A DNA stretch of 64,000 nt from Calditrichia bacterium (GCA_963777955.1 CAVZSQ010000021.1:1-64000), one strand, 5' to 3'; positions 1-10,963 are shown, counted from the stretch's first letter. Made by a program: numbers and translations. The notes: generated from the letters alone by a model not told the origin.

Positions 1-1249
1 GCCTTCCAAATCAGGTAGATTCGGAATCGTACTACTTTTTTGCTTTTTGGAACAGTTTCAGTAGGCTTAGAATATCTTTGGGAGCATTGTTATATGGTGT
101 AGCAGTCACAAGAATTACTTTTTTGCCGCGGCAGAGTTGCTGCCAATTTCTCATAGGTCACCGTTGTTTCTGTTCTGAAGCGGTGCGCTTCATCGATAAT
201 GATGTTGGTATATTTTTCAGTTCCTTTGTTGATCAGTTCGTCTAGTTTGCCAAGTGATTCAAAATCAGCAGGCACACGAAAATCAGAAAAGACATTTGGC
301 CAGGAACCTGGATTTGTCTTTTCTAGCAGAACCGGCGGCGCAATAACCAGAGTTCTGCCTTCAAGCTGTCCTGCCAGCATGGCTGAAATGTAAGTCTTTC
401 CCAATCCAACTACATCAGAAATGAAGACACCTCCATATTCCAATAATATTTTTTTTGCATTTAAAACTGCCTGTTCCTGATATTCGAGTTTTTTAAACTC
501 CGGTGGAAGATATTTTACAAACACCTCTTCGGTTTGGCTGAGTTCATCTTTGAAATATTCATAGAGAAATTTAAGGTAGAGTTGATATGGCGTTATATTT
601 TGGCTGAGCCAGGTTTTCTCTTGTATCGTCTGAACATATTTTTCGCTTACATCTACAGCGTCTTTCCATAATTCTTCAAACTTCTTGCGTGCAAACTCAT
701 AATCGCTGCGGTTTTTCAACTCCACATTAAACTCCAGATTATCAACAAGTCCGGCATGGGTGAAATTGCTGGAACCGGTGATTACTCGCCCGATATCTCG
801 GTCACCTTCACGAAAAGTCATAATATAAAGCTTGGCATGGATGTTTTGTGAGGGATAAGCTCTTATTTCTAATTTTTTATTTCTAATCCATTCAATAAAC
901 TTATTGACGCCTTCTTCAACTTTTCGAGTGTCTTCTGAATCAGCCAACTCTTGCTCTATCTGCTTTTCAACTTCTTCTTTTGTTTCGGCATGTGAAAATT
1001 CAATGACTTGCTGTTTGTGATTACCGTCTTTAGTAAGCAAATCGTATGTCTCTCTATTGGTGCTAATGCCAATCAAAATCCGGATTTTTACGTTTTTTCC
1101 AACGATTTATAGAGGGCATGGAATCCGCTGGTATAGAAATATCCTACCAGGCAGTCAAAAAAAGACGTATCTTTAATCAGGACTTCAAATCTGTCTTTCA
1201 GGCTTTGATTTTTTTCATTCGTTATAAATGATAAATCTGTGTTCATCAT
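1..1249 (-). CDS. PLD-nuclease domain / SNF2-family helicase fusion (partial, frameshifted; RM/defence-associated)
   Basis: HAKLY...GSSNFT PLD motif, DVVGLGKT Walker A and IIDEAH. Other frames give the N-terminus MNTDLSFITNEKNQSLKDRF..VGYFYTSGF and the continuation LCRGKKVILVTATPYNN. Confidence 0.85.
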
Positions 1250-1557
1250 GTTTCCCTCTCAGTCGTTCTTTGACAATTTGATAATTAATGGCGTCGTAAT
1301 GTCGGATATCTTAAAACCTATGAACTTGACTAACTGTCTTTTAAACTACAATAATAATAGTATAAGGTATAAGGATAATAAAATATAATTATGTAAACAT
1401 TAAAGATAAATAAGAATCGCAGCGACTTCCATGTTTTTAAGAAGTTTATCCGCTGCTGCCCAGAGTTTTTTTCAATGTTTTGATTGTTTTAACCTGATTT
1501 TTTACCATACTTTAATAAACTCCGTAAATTATATTCAGGGTCAATCTAATATTATCT

Positions 1558-2376
1558 CTAATAAATGTCTTCCATAACAGTAGGAATATATACCTGGAGA
1601 TTTTGTGCGAAACCTTCAATTCCAGGGAATAACGTCGCCCTATTTATGTTCATATCTTTTAGATATTTCATTAATCCTGATTTCAATTTATTTGATATTA
1701 TTAGTTTGGTTATATTTGAAACATCGTCACTTCCACATAGTGAAAAAAGATTATGCTCAAATGGCTTTTCGACATTCCCTGGACACATAAAAATTCCTTG
1801 TTGGAGAGTTAATCTTTCATTTAATCGAAAAGGATTTACAGTACATGCAAAATTTTTTGGATTATCTGTGTAGAATATCTTCTCAAATATTAATAAATCT
1901 TTTTCATGAGCTTCCGCAGAATATATTGATATTCTTCAGTTCCTTTACCAAATAATAATGCACACTGTTTTAAGCACCATTTAGGATTTATACACCAAAT
2001 TGCTGAATATTCCTCCTGATTCATATGTTCGATTGCAAAATATAACGCAATATAAATAGAATAAGTAAAATCAAGTAATCGTGTTGGGGCTCCAAAATGC
2101 TGCATTATTGATAACCATTCAAGGTAATCATATTCATTTCTTATATGGGACCGATATTGAAAATATCGACGACTCCAGAAATTCCCGAATAATCCATTTT
2201 TCATATTTTTTAATATTAGATAATGTTCCCTCAAGCCTTAGACACATTCTTTCTAAAGATGACTGGAGGTGCCATCTTAAATCTCGTTCCCTTCTATATC
2301 AGTAATCCTCACGAAATTTATCAATGTCACCCCAATTTTCGATTTCATGCCCTTTAAAGGTATCATTGTATATCAT
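1558..2376 (-). CDS. FRG domain-containing protein (frameshifted)
   Basis: WLSIMQHFGAPTRLLDFTYSIYIALYFA FRG signature, RLTLQQGIF motif and C-terminal LKDMNINRATLFPGIEG, spread across ORFs 1890-2234 and 1558-1788. GGAG RBS before the ATG at 2376. Confidence 0.85.
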
Positions 2377-2565
2377 TATGAGAACTCCAAATTTATTTTT
2401 CTTAAAATTATAAACTAAAATTACTGATACATTTAGTATTGGTATTATCGTAACACAATATACAAGTCTTTTGTACTTTCAATATTTATTCTAAAAGACT
2501 GTCAGATTTCTATTTAAAATTGTCTGTTTAATCATCGGTAATTCACTACCATCGTTTATAGTTTC

Positions 2566-3325
2566 TTAATTTATAACAAAACTATCAGTCAACATTTGGT
2601 TAAAACTATTAAACCATTTTCCTCTCCAATCAATTTCGATTATCAATGAGGAAGGTTGAACATTCTTCCCAACCGCATTAACTTTAATTTGATAACGATT
2701 TGGAGTAAGAGAAGTTCTTCCAGCATTAGGTCGTAAAAGAACTTCGAACCAAAATAAGTATTTATCTTTCTCTAATGGAGGCATAAATTTTTTCGGTGTG
2801 GTCAGGTTCAAGGATAAAACCGAGGTCACAGTGTCTATATACACCTGCTGGAATTGTGATTTCATATCGAAGACCCTTCCAATGACTCCATACAAATCTC
2901 AATGGAGGGAAATTATTATCTATAATAAATTGCCCATCTTCGAACCGCTTGACTTCCTCAAGGGTAACTTCGACGTCTTCGGCAGATTTCCACCCTATAT
3001 TTTCTATTCTCAGTCGAAAATAGTGGGCTTTCGCAATAAGTTTACCTGTTTTATGATCATGGAACTCAGTTGTGTGGCAGTCTCGTTTATCATTTGGTAT
3101 AAAATGTATAATGAGCCGTGGTTTGTTAATGAAATCGATCACTAAATCCCTAACTAATACAAAGATACTCGTAATAATAGCAGCCCCGGCAGTAATTAAC
3201 GAGACACCCACTGGTGGGCTTAATCTATTCCAGTTATATATGACTAATAGAACCACAGTACAATATGCAGTTAGAACTACAATTATAATGATTCCTATTT
3301 TAAGATAGTGTAAGATTTTTCTCAT
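2566..3325 (-). CDS. Hypothetical protein with two N-terminal TM helices and a beta-rich soluble domain (frameshift near 2790)
   Basis: ORFs 2762-3325 and 2566-2895 overlap and join. Hydrophobic N-terminus. Confidence 0.65.
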
Positions 3326-3454
3326 AATCTTCTAACACATTAGTATCAACTTAATCGATAATACTTCTACCTCTGGTCAGAATATCCTTTTATAATAAAT
3401 AAATATTTTGTGAGTTTTCATTTTTATTATTTTAAAATTACTCTTAGTAATTTT

Positions 3455-3559
3455 TCAGGTTTTTAACTTATGTTCTATTAAATTCCATTGGTCACGAAAC
3501 TCACTAATATCCCAGCCATTACAAGATTTAATTGGAGGTAAGAATTCTGTACTCGCCAT
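3455..3559 (-). CDS. Small hypothetical protein MASTEFLPPIKSCNGWDISEFRDQWNLIEHKLKT (possibly longer via frameshift)
   Basis: AAGGAG RBS immediately before the ATG. Below the ORF-track size cutoff. Confidence 0.35.
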   Translation of the reverse strand: MASTEFLPPIKSCNGWDISEFRDQWNLIEHKLKT

Positions 3560-3613
3560 ATTCTCCTTGTGTATTTGTCCTATTTTTGCTCATCTTAATT
3601 TTTTATACCTCAA

Positions 3614-4865
3614 TCAATCAAAAGAATATCCAATTCGAAAATCATGTCGCCTTAAATAGTTTTTAAAAAATAAATAGATAAATATTTCTTCATCTGGAGC
3701 ATTATTTTTCATCAAATATAAATGATACTTAGATAATAGATCGAACATAAGAAGTTCCCGAAATTATTATCAAAATAGAATAAACGATCTAATTCATAAG
3801 TATGTTGATCATGAAGAACCATAAAATATAGTACTAAGTTGGTTTGAAAATAATTACCATTAACTTCACCTTCACTACAAAGATGATTCAAAATCATATG
3901 GTGATAATCCAAGCATATATCTTTTAATGGGTTTAGAATATATTTTATTTCATTTTTATTAAACAAATATCCCTCTTGAAATGATTTTACTTCTATAAGT
4001 TTTTGCAATAACTTATTTAATGCTAAGAGATTATTATGAACTAATTTGTATTTGAATATATCTTTCTTCATACTGATTTTTTTAAGTCGAAAATAATTAT
4101 TAATTACAGGATTCATATTTACCTTTATTTCTTGATTAGAGTGATCTAATATCTCTGTAGTATTAATATCGTAGTAATACAAGGATTTTTCCCGTCATTT
4201 TTCCAATCCCGACCATCTGCCATCTAGTTGCCGATTGCACGCTCACCGTGTTCGTTAAATTTGTTTACTATTTTTCAATATCAGATTTCATTGCATCTAG
4301 TTCATAATCCATAGAATGGTCTGTGGGTTCATATAATGTTAAAAATGAAAGAGCAAGAAGTCGAATGAATCGCTTCTTCATTATAATCGATAGACTTTTG
4401 GTCTAAAAGTTTCATTATAATACTTTTATCTTTTGGTAAATAATCTGACAATGTTTTGGTAATAAGAAAAGTGAGTGCTTGACTTTTATCTTGATAATAT
4501 TTCTTCCAAAATAATTTTATATCTATATTGAAATCTTTATATTTAACGTTATAAAATGCAGATTTAAATCCTCTACTAAGGTTATCAATTAATACGAAAT
4601 ACTTTTTTAAATAAAGCAGTCTACCATGTTTTAGAATAAAAAGTCCATCAAATGTACGTAACAAGTGATATAAATATTTATTAGTAATAATTAAGTTTTG
4701 ATCTAAATATTTCTTCCGTTTTTGTACGTTTATAGTTTTATCATTAATCATCATATCAAAAAATTCCTGAATGCGATACCGATTTTCATCGAGTTTTAGC
4801 ATCAATGTATCATCAATATCTGTTTTTAAATTCTGATGTTTATCATAAAACTCTATATCAATCAT
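3614..4865 (-). CDS. Hypothetical protein (~400 aa when ORFs 4329-4865 and 3712-4182 are joined across frameshifts)
   Basis: Consecutive same-strand ORFs with protein-like sequence in between. GAGG RBS. No recognisable motif. Confidence 0.5.
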
Positions 4866-5129
4866 ATTTACCTCACTCAGTATTTCATATATGAAGAAAT
4901 TTGCGTTGATGTATTTATTATCAAATAAATCCTATGGTCGTAATGTATGATGAAAGGTTGTATCGGTACCTAATAATAAAATAATATATAAAATTATTTA
5001 ATCCAATGAATAAAACAATTCAACAAATGCAGTGTCAGCAGGTTTGGATGGCAAAGTAAAATATTGATTAACGTAAATACAATTATGTATATTTTATATA
5101 TAGTTTCTAATCTGAACTATGCATTTTAA

Positions 5130-5219
5130 TGACCAGACTTATCCAAAAAATGACCGGAAAATTACTTTTGTTGACCAAAGAATGACCAAATTAATACCGT
5201 TTTTGTCCAAATAATGACT
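5130..5219 (+). repeat. Helically phased array of TGACC-like pentamers
   Basis: TGACC 5130, TATCC 5140, TGACC 5151, TTACT 5162, TGACC 5172, TGACC 5183, ATACC 5194, TGTCC 5204, TGACT 5215. Spacing 10-11 bp. Confidence 0.7.
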
Positions 5220-5293
5220 TTTTTTATATACATCTACTCATTTTAACTCCTTATATTTATACGACTTAAAAGCCTTTTAACCACGCCAATTAA

Positions 5294-7799
5294 ATGATAA
5301 AAGATATTTATTTGAACCAATAAATAAATTGGAGACCTGTAATGACACGTGTTTAAGATTATCAAAACTATTAGATGTTATTCTTAGTCGTGAAATTGAA
5401 GAACTAATAGGCAGGGATAAAATTAATAACATATTAGATACAATATAATATTTCAGAAATACCTCAAAATTACATGCGGATATAAAATCGAGGTCTGTCA
5501 AATGATGAAAATATTAGAAAACCACTGGCGCAGGCTGATAGAGATCAGATTCGAAACTTATTCAATGATCAAATCCGAAAACAGTTAACCGATACTGAAA
5601 TAGATAATATTGGGAAAATAATACTATTAAATGATGACGATAATAATCTAAGACAGGCTTAGCTGATATTGAATATCGATCACATCGAAAAACTACTTGA
5701 AAATGATATAATTCATGATCTACTGGACAGTAATCTCGGAACTCGAAAATTATTTTATAACAATCATACAAAATTAAATACTGAATGGAACATGAATATG
5801 ATTTTAATTTCGAAAAATGATAATTAATAGTTATATAGATATAATTCGAGAACTATTAAATAATGATAAAATTCACAGAATCATTGACGAGTGATGAAAT
5901 ATCTAAGATTGAAGAATTATTAGATCAAAGTTATTTGGATAAAGGTCTACAACTAATCGATGATGATAATTATCAAGAACTCGATAAAGTAATCGAACAG
6001 CGAAACAAGATTCTTGATATGGTGAATCGTAAAGAAAAATTTTGGTACAATAAACTGTTGTATTTAGAACTTGCCAATAACGATTGTCTAAGTATGGCAA
6101 GGGATCTAAAAAGTAAATTCCCTTTTAAAGAAAGATATATTATTAGTGAAAACAAAATAATAACCTTGTTGTTGCGGGATGCTATATCATTTCCGTGCGA
6201 TGCTTACGTCAATTCAATTCATCAGAAGAAACTATTTAAAATTGGTGAACGTAGCGTTTCCATGGATTTTATAAATCATCTTGGAGAAAATTTTATATAT
6301 GACCAAATAAAGAATTCTAAAAAACTGGTTTTAGGTGACATCATCAAATTACAGCATCCGGAGAAGCTCAAAGCCCCATTTAGTTATCACATTATCAGCT
6401 ATGATTCTGATAATAAAATTGATTTGGATTCTCTGCTTAAAGGAATTAAGAATGTTCTCGATGATTTTCTTAATCAGGGATTAAAAAGAATTACTTTCAT
6501 TTCTAATGGACTTATTGATACCCTTGATGATCGAATTACCGCAGTGGAAGAAGAAATAATTCTTAAAATTGCTGAAACTGTAGTTAAATACCTAAGAGAA
6601 TTGGATAAAAGAAAATCTATTGAAGTATATTTTAATTTTACTACTGCAGATTCATTGTACGCATTCCACCGTGAATTTTATTGGTTTAGCAGTTTAAACC
6701 CAGACTATTTAAATCGCTTAAAACACGCGGAAAAATCGCAGAGTAAATTGATCCTAGTTATGAAAACTAAAAACCCAGCATATCATTGAAATTCTCAAAA
6801 AAATTAGTTTAGCAGCGGTCGATGATAGCCCAATTTTACTACTTGGTGATACAGGTGTCGGAAAATCATTATCTTGCAAAAAGAATCCATAAATATAGTA
6901 TGCGACCACCAGAGGCTCGATTTAGATCATTAAATTGCGCTCTGCTTAACTCCAATGATCAATATACAAGCCTTTTCGGCTGGGTCAGAGGGTGCATTCA
7001 CAGGGGCAATTGCAGATAGGGATGGACTGATCGAAACAGCAAAGGGTGGCACTCTTTTTCTGGATGAAATAGGATATATGGATATAAAAGCCCAACAAGC
7101 GTTACTCACATTTTTAGATACACGCCGAGTATAGATCGTCTTGGGACCGATCAAGATCACCAGAGTGCTGATGTACGACTAATATTCGGTACTAATCAGG
7201 ACTTGGAGGAGCAAGTACGATCAGGGGTAATGCAACCTGATTTTTATCAACGGATCGCGCAGCGGTATTTTCACAATTCCGCCCTTGAAGGATCGGAAAG
7301 AGGATATTGAAATATTTGCTCGGTGGAAGATAGAGAAATTGAACACGTAAAACTAATTTGAATATCGAAATAACAAAACAGGCTTTGGATCAGTTGAAAG
7401 AATATAACTGGCCGGGAAATATCAGGCAGTTAGAATAGTTACATTGAAAAGTCTTATATCATGACTGTATTCCCAATAGGCGGTTGACAATTTACCGGCA
7501 AAGGATAATAGAATCGCCACCAGGTGATGAACTTTATCATAACCAGGATAAATTCCAATTACTTGAAGAGGTTGCTGCAAGAATTACCTCCGGAAATGGA
7601 ATCCAGATGAATGGAAAATTCTTAGGTGATTTTATCAAACCGATCTTGGCAAAAATGTTATTTAGATAATAATAAGCAAAGGAACCCTACGGGAGTGCTG
7701 AGTAAATATTTGGGTATTACAGGAGGCACTGGTAAAGATTCCCATCTTGAAAAGAAGTATCAAACAGTATCCTAGAGCTTAAGAAAATTGCTTAATTAA
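5294..7799 (+). CDS. Macro-domain / sigma-54-dependent enhancer-binding protein (AAA+) fusion with C-terminal HTH-like segment; multiple frameshifts, start uncertain
   Basis: Macro-like [19 protein letters not shown]...LKAPFSYHI...LKRITFIS (~6157-6680). Walker A GDTGVGKS 6845-6868, GAFTGA 6991-7008, [49 protein letters not shown] near the C-terminus. Confidence 0.8.
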
Positions 7800-7927
7800 A
7801 CGTAAATTCTCGACGGACATCGAACCTTCAATCATAGATTTACACAAGTTCTCTATTTTTCCTTCACATTATATATATCCATAATTAACAGTTAGTTATA
7901 TAACTCGATTGCCCTCCTTAAATCGAT

Positions 7928-7943
7928 TGGCACGAGTGTTAGT
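7928..7943 (+). promoter_or_regulatory. Putative sigma-54 (-24/-12) promoter
   Basis: TGGCACG-AGTG-TTAGT: perfect -24 element and correct spacing, but -12 reads TTAG rather than TTGC. Lies between the bEBP gene and the next ATG (8019). Confidence 0.5.
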
Positions 7944-8018
7944 ATAATAGTCAGAAGCTCTGAATATACATATTCAAACTTAATTTACTAAAGTTAAACT
8001 TTTTTAAAGGATATCAGA

Positions 8019-8501
8019 ATGACGAATCAAAATTTGCAAGCGTTCGCAGACCAACAAGGCTTAAACGTAAGGACGCTCAAGCGGAAATTCGGCGATTGTA
8101 TTCATCGAGTTGGAAAACAGAGCTTTATTGACGTCGATAAGTTCAATAAAGTCTTTTGCAGAACGTAGCCGAAAAGGACGTCGCAGACTCCAAGAACTAT
8201 CCTGGAGTCGACCAGCATCGGTAGAATTAACGCAGTGCTACCGAGAGCCAATAAAAAACTTCTTAATCTTGGGGTTAAAAATCGAATCCTTGGAAACGGA
8301 GATGAAGAAAACCCCAGATGGAAGGATTAAGAAGATAGACGAGAATCGGCTATTACGTGTCAAACAGGATTACAAAGAACAAAGTAGTCTACTTAGGAAA
8401 ACTTATTAGTCGGTTAGACGTATCTTATCGATATGGAGCATAAAAAACTGCTTGCTCAGGAGCAATTGGGCAATGCAGAAGCTGCTCCCAGTCGATATAT
8501 A
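8019..8501 (+). CDS. Hypothetical HTH-like/coiled-coil protein, paralog A (frameshifted)
   Basis: AAAGGA RBS. Begins MTNQNLQAFADQQGLNVRTLKRKFGDCIHRVGKQSFIDVDKF and joins ORF 8110-8409. Confidence 0.6.
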
Positions 8502-8513
8502 ATATTTAACCAG

Positions 8514-8544
8514 AGGGCCGGTCAGGAGGGCCAGCCCTTTATTT
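8514..8544 (+). terminator. Intrinsic terminator-like hairpin after paralog A
   Basis: AGGGCCGGTC-AGGAG-GGCCAGCCCT followed by TTATTT. Confidence 0.6.
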
Positions 8545-8606
8545 AACGGAGAATTGTAATGAAAGTCTTAATTAAACGAAATACAATTTAATAAAAGGAA
8601 GGAAAT

Positions 8607-9083
8607 ATGGAAAAATTATGTACTAAATGTTTTATTGAACAAAATGGTATTGACTTAGGATCATTCAAGTTTCTCTTTGGTGATTCTGTTTATCGAAAGG
8701 TAACGAGATTATCATTGATTTCGATACTTTTGATAAGGCGATGGCACAACTCAATCGCGAAAGAGAAAAATATAAGAATGCGTTTCTGAAGTCCACCGAC
8801 ATCAAACGAATCCAAGAACTAATCCAAATAGTTCAGAAAGAACTCTTTGATCTGGAGTCAGAAATCCAGGATATTGGAATCGGAGTCAGGAAAAACCAAG
8901 GACCAAGAAAATAAAAATACCATAGAAAACCATTTATTTTATTACAGGAAGCACTATAAAGATCGGAAAATCTTTCTGGAAAAAATGATGGCCCGTATGG
9001 GTTTTTTAATCAAAACGGCACAAGAAAAATGGCTTGCGCTTAAACAGATGAGTCGGGCAGGAGCTCCCCCAAGGGAGAAATAA
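8607..9083 (+). CDS. Hypothetical HTH-like/coiled-coil protein, paralog B (frameshifted)
   Basis: AGGA RBS. ORFs 8607-8789 and 8847-9083 join via GNEIIIDFDTFDKAMAQLNREREKYKNAFLKSTDIKRI. Aligns with paralog A. Confidence 0.65.
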
Positions 9084-9092
9084 CGTTAGAAT

Positions 9093-9122
9093 AGGGCTGG
9101 TTGGAGGCCAGCCCTCTTTTTT
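9093..9122 (+). terminator. Intrinsic terminator-like hairpin after paralog B
   Basis: AGGGCTGGTT-GGA-GGCCAGCCCT followed by CTTTTTT. Confidence 0.65.
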
Positions 9123-9149
9123 GGTATAAGATTAAAGTGAACTGGATTT

Positions 9150-9395
9150 ATGAAAAGGTTAATCACACAGAAAGAAGCAGCAGAATATCTTGGGATATCA
9201 ACCAAGACATTATGGGTATGGACAGAAAAAGGGATCATCCCCCGTGTGGAGATCCCTGGCACAAAATCTAAATATGATCTTAACGACATTGAAAATCTTA
9301 TAAAGGAGAACAAAAACTATGCACTACAGGCTGTCGCAGAGACAGCAAAAAAAATTTTAAATAGTACACAACCAAAATTAGCAACGGGCACCTGA
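9150..9395 (+). CDS. Excisionase-like HTH_17 DNA-binding protein
   Basis: LITQKEAAEYLGISTKTLWVWTEKGIIP motif. Immediately upstream of the integrase. Confidence 0.85.
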   Translation: MKRLITQKEAAEYLGISTKTLWVWTEKGIIPRVEIPGTKSKYDLNDIENLIKENKNYALQAVAETAKKILNSTQPKLATGT

Positions 9396-9413
9396 TGAGG
9401 TGCCTTTTTATTT
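9387..9413 (+). terminator. Hairpin overlapping the xis stop codon, upstream of int
   Basis: GGCACCT-GATG-AGGTGCC followed by TTTTTATTT. Confidence 0.55.
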
Positions 9414-9427
9414 AAAGGGATTATACT

Positions 9428-10440
9428 ATGGCTTCACTCCGAAAAGAAGGTAATGTCTACTACCTGTATTTCAGGAAAGCCGGTAAACTGGTTAAACGTT
9501 CACTGCATACGGAATCAAGGCGGGATGCGGAAAAAATCAAAACCCAGATTGAATATGAATTAAACAATGGGAAATTTTTCCATTCTAATTATTCACCACA
9601 GGCTAAGATGAAACTTTCCTCCCTTCTGGATGAGGTCATAGATTATGCGAAGATAAATAAATCTCCCCGTACTGTCGAGCGGGAGAAACTGGTGCATAAT
9701 AATTTTAGAGCATTCTGCGGTGAGATATACATCTCGGATATCGACAGCAGGTTGATTGAACGCTACAAAAAATACCTGAGCCTGGATAGGAAATTTGCCA
9801 ACAGCGGTGTCAATATTGAGTTGCGGCACCTGTCCACTGCATTCTCCTTGGCCGTAAAGTATGAGTATCTGGGGAAGAATCCTTTTAAAGAGGTCAAGAA
9901 GTTACCCGTGCCTAAGACCAAGCCCCGCTTCTTTACCAGGGATCAGGCGGAACTTCTGCTCAGGGAATCTTATGACACTCCTTTATTCCATTACGTCATG
10001 GTCTCCCTGTTCAGTGGGGCCAGGATCAGCGAGGTTGCGCAGTTAAAATGGTCAAATGTCGACCTTCGAAATAATATGATTAAAATCGAAGGAAAAGGAT
10101 CGAAGGAGCGCAGTGTGCCGATTCCACAAAATCTGGCTGATTATCTTAATTCACTTAAAAAGAAAAATCAGTATGTGGCTCCTGGGACCAGGGATATTCA
10201 TAAGACAACAGCGCGATTCAGACACCTGGCTGACAAACTCGGCCTGACGGAATTCAAGTTTCATGATCTTCGCCATACATACGCCAGCTGGTTGGTCCAG
10301 AACAATGTAAACATCAAGGTGATACAGGAATTGTTGGGCCACCAGGATATTAAAACAACTCTGATCTATACGCACTCTCTAAAGATGATCGTTTTAATGC
10401 AGTAAAACGGCTGGAAGAATTTTACACAGGTGCGAAATAA
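9428..10440 (+). CDS. Tyrosine recombinase/phage integrase (frameshift near 10380; natural stop probably 10440)
   Basis: Catalytic motifs GARISE, KGSKER, HDLRHTYAS and LLGHQDIKTTLIY. N-terminal arm-binding-like segment. Confidence 0.93.
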
Positions 10441-10464
10441 CGTTACCTATTTGTTACTACCCAC

Positions 10465-10499
10465 AAAAAAAGGACTTACGAGATTTCCCGTAAGTCCTT
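10465..10499 (-). terminator. Intrinsic terminator downstream of tRNA-Phe
   Basis: AAGGACTTACG-N8-CGTAAGTCCTT stem with an A-run that gives a U-tract on the minus strand. Confidence 0.75.
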
Positions 10500-10511
10500 G
10501 TTTATCAACGG

Positions 10512-10584
<73 letters not shown>

Positions 10585-10639
10585 ATATTTCGATTAAATA
10601 TAAAGTTCTGAGAGGTATTCTGCAAATTGAAATTAAAGA

Positions 10640-10920
10640 ATAAAGGGACAGAGACCAGAGGACAAAGAAAAGGCACTGAAGTCGGAGCGATAGCGTAGAC
10701 CTGCCGTAAGGCAGGCACTCCGGCACTTAGGCACTAAGTTAAAGACTCCCGCTAACATACGATCACGTATGTCATTTTTTCAGTGTATATATACCGATGA
10801 ACTTTAAACTGCCCCTCCTCGTCCGCGAAATGCCGGACAGGGAGGGGGGCGGGGTGGGTTATACAGAGATCTCAGGTACTCAATGGGCAGGTCGCCGAAG
10901 GCCTGTCTACTCAGGTACCT
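10640..10920. repeat. Cluster of intergenic short tandem repeats (GGCACTTA/ACTCAGGT) and REP-like palindromes
   Basis: GGCACTCCGGCACTTAGGCACTAAG, CCCCTCC...GGAGGGG, CCTGCCGTAAGGCAGG. Confidence 0.6.
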
Positions 10921-10963
10921 ATGACAATTATTAAGGGGACCAATTACAATTGCGCTTTTACTT

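Larger units (their letters stand above)
1..10511. mobile_element. tRNA-Phe-integrated genomic island (right end; continues left of window)
   Basis: Tyrosine integrase plus excisionase abutting the 3' end of tRNA-Phe. Visibly AT-rich compared with the backbone, with defence-type and orphan cargo. Confidence 0.85.

Noticed and set aside
5277..5771. Minus-strand ORFs 5277-5501 and 5562-5771
   Set aside because: The plus strand reads as the frameshifted N-terminal part of the Macro-bEBP gene (e.g. [36 protein letters not shown]).
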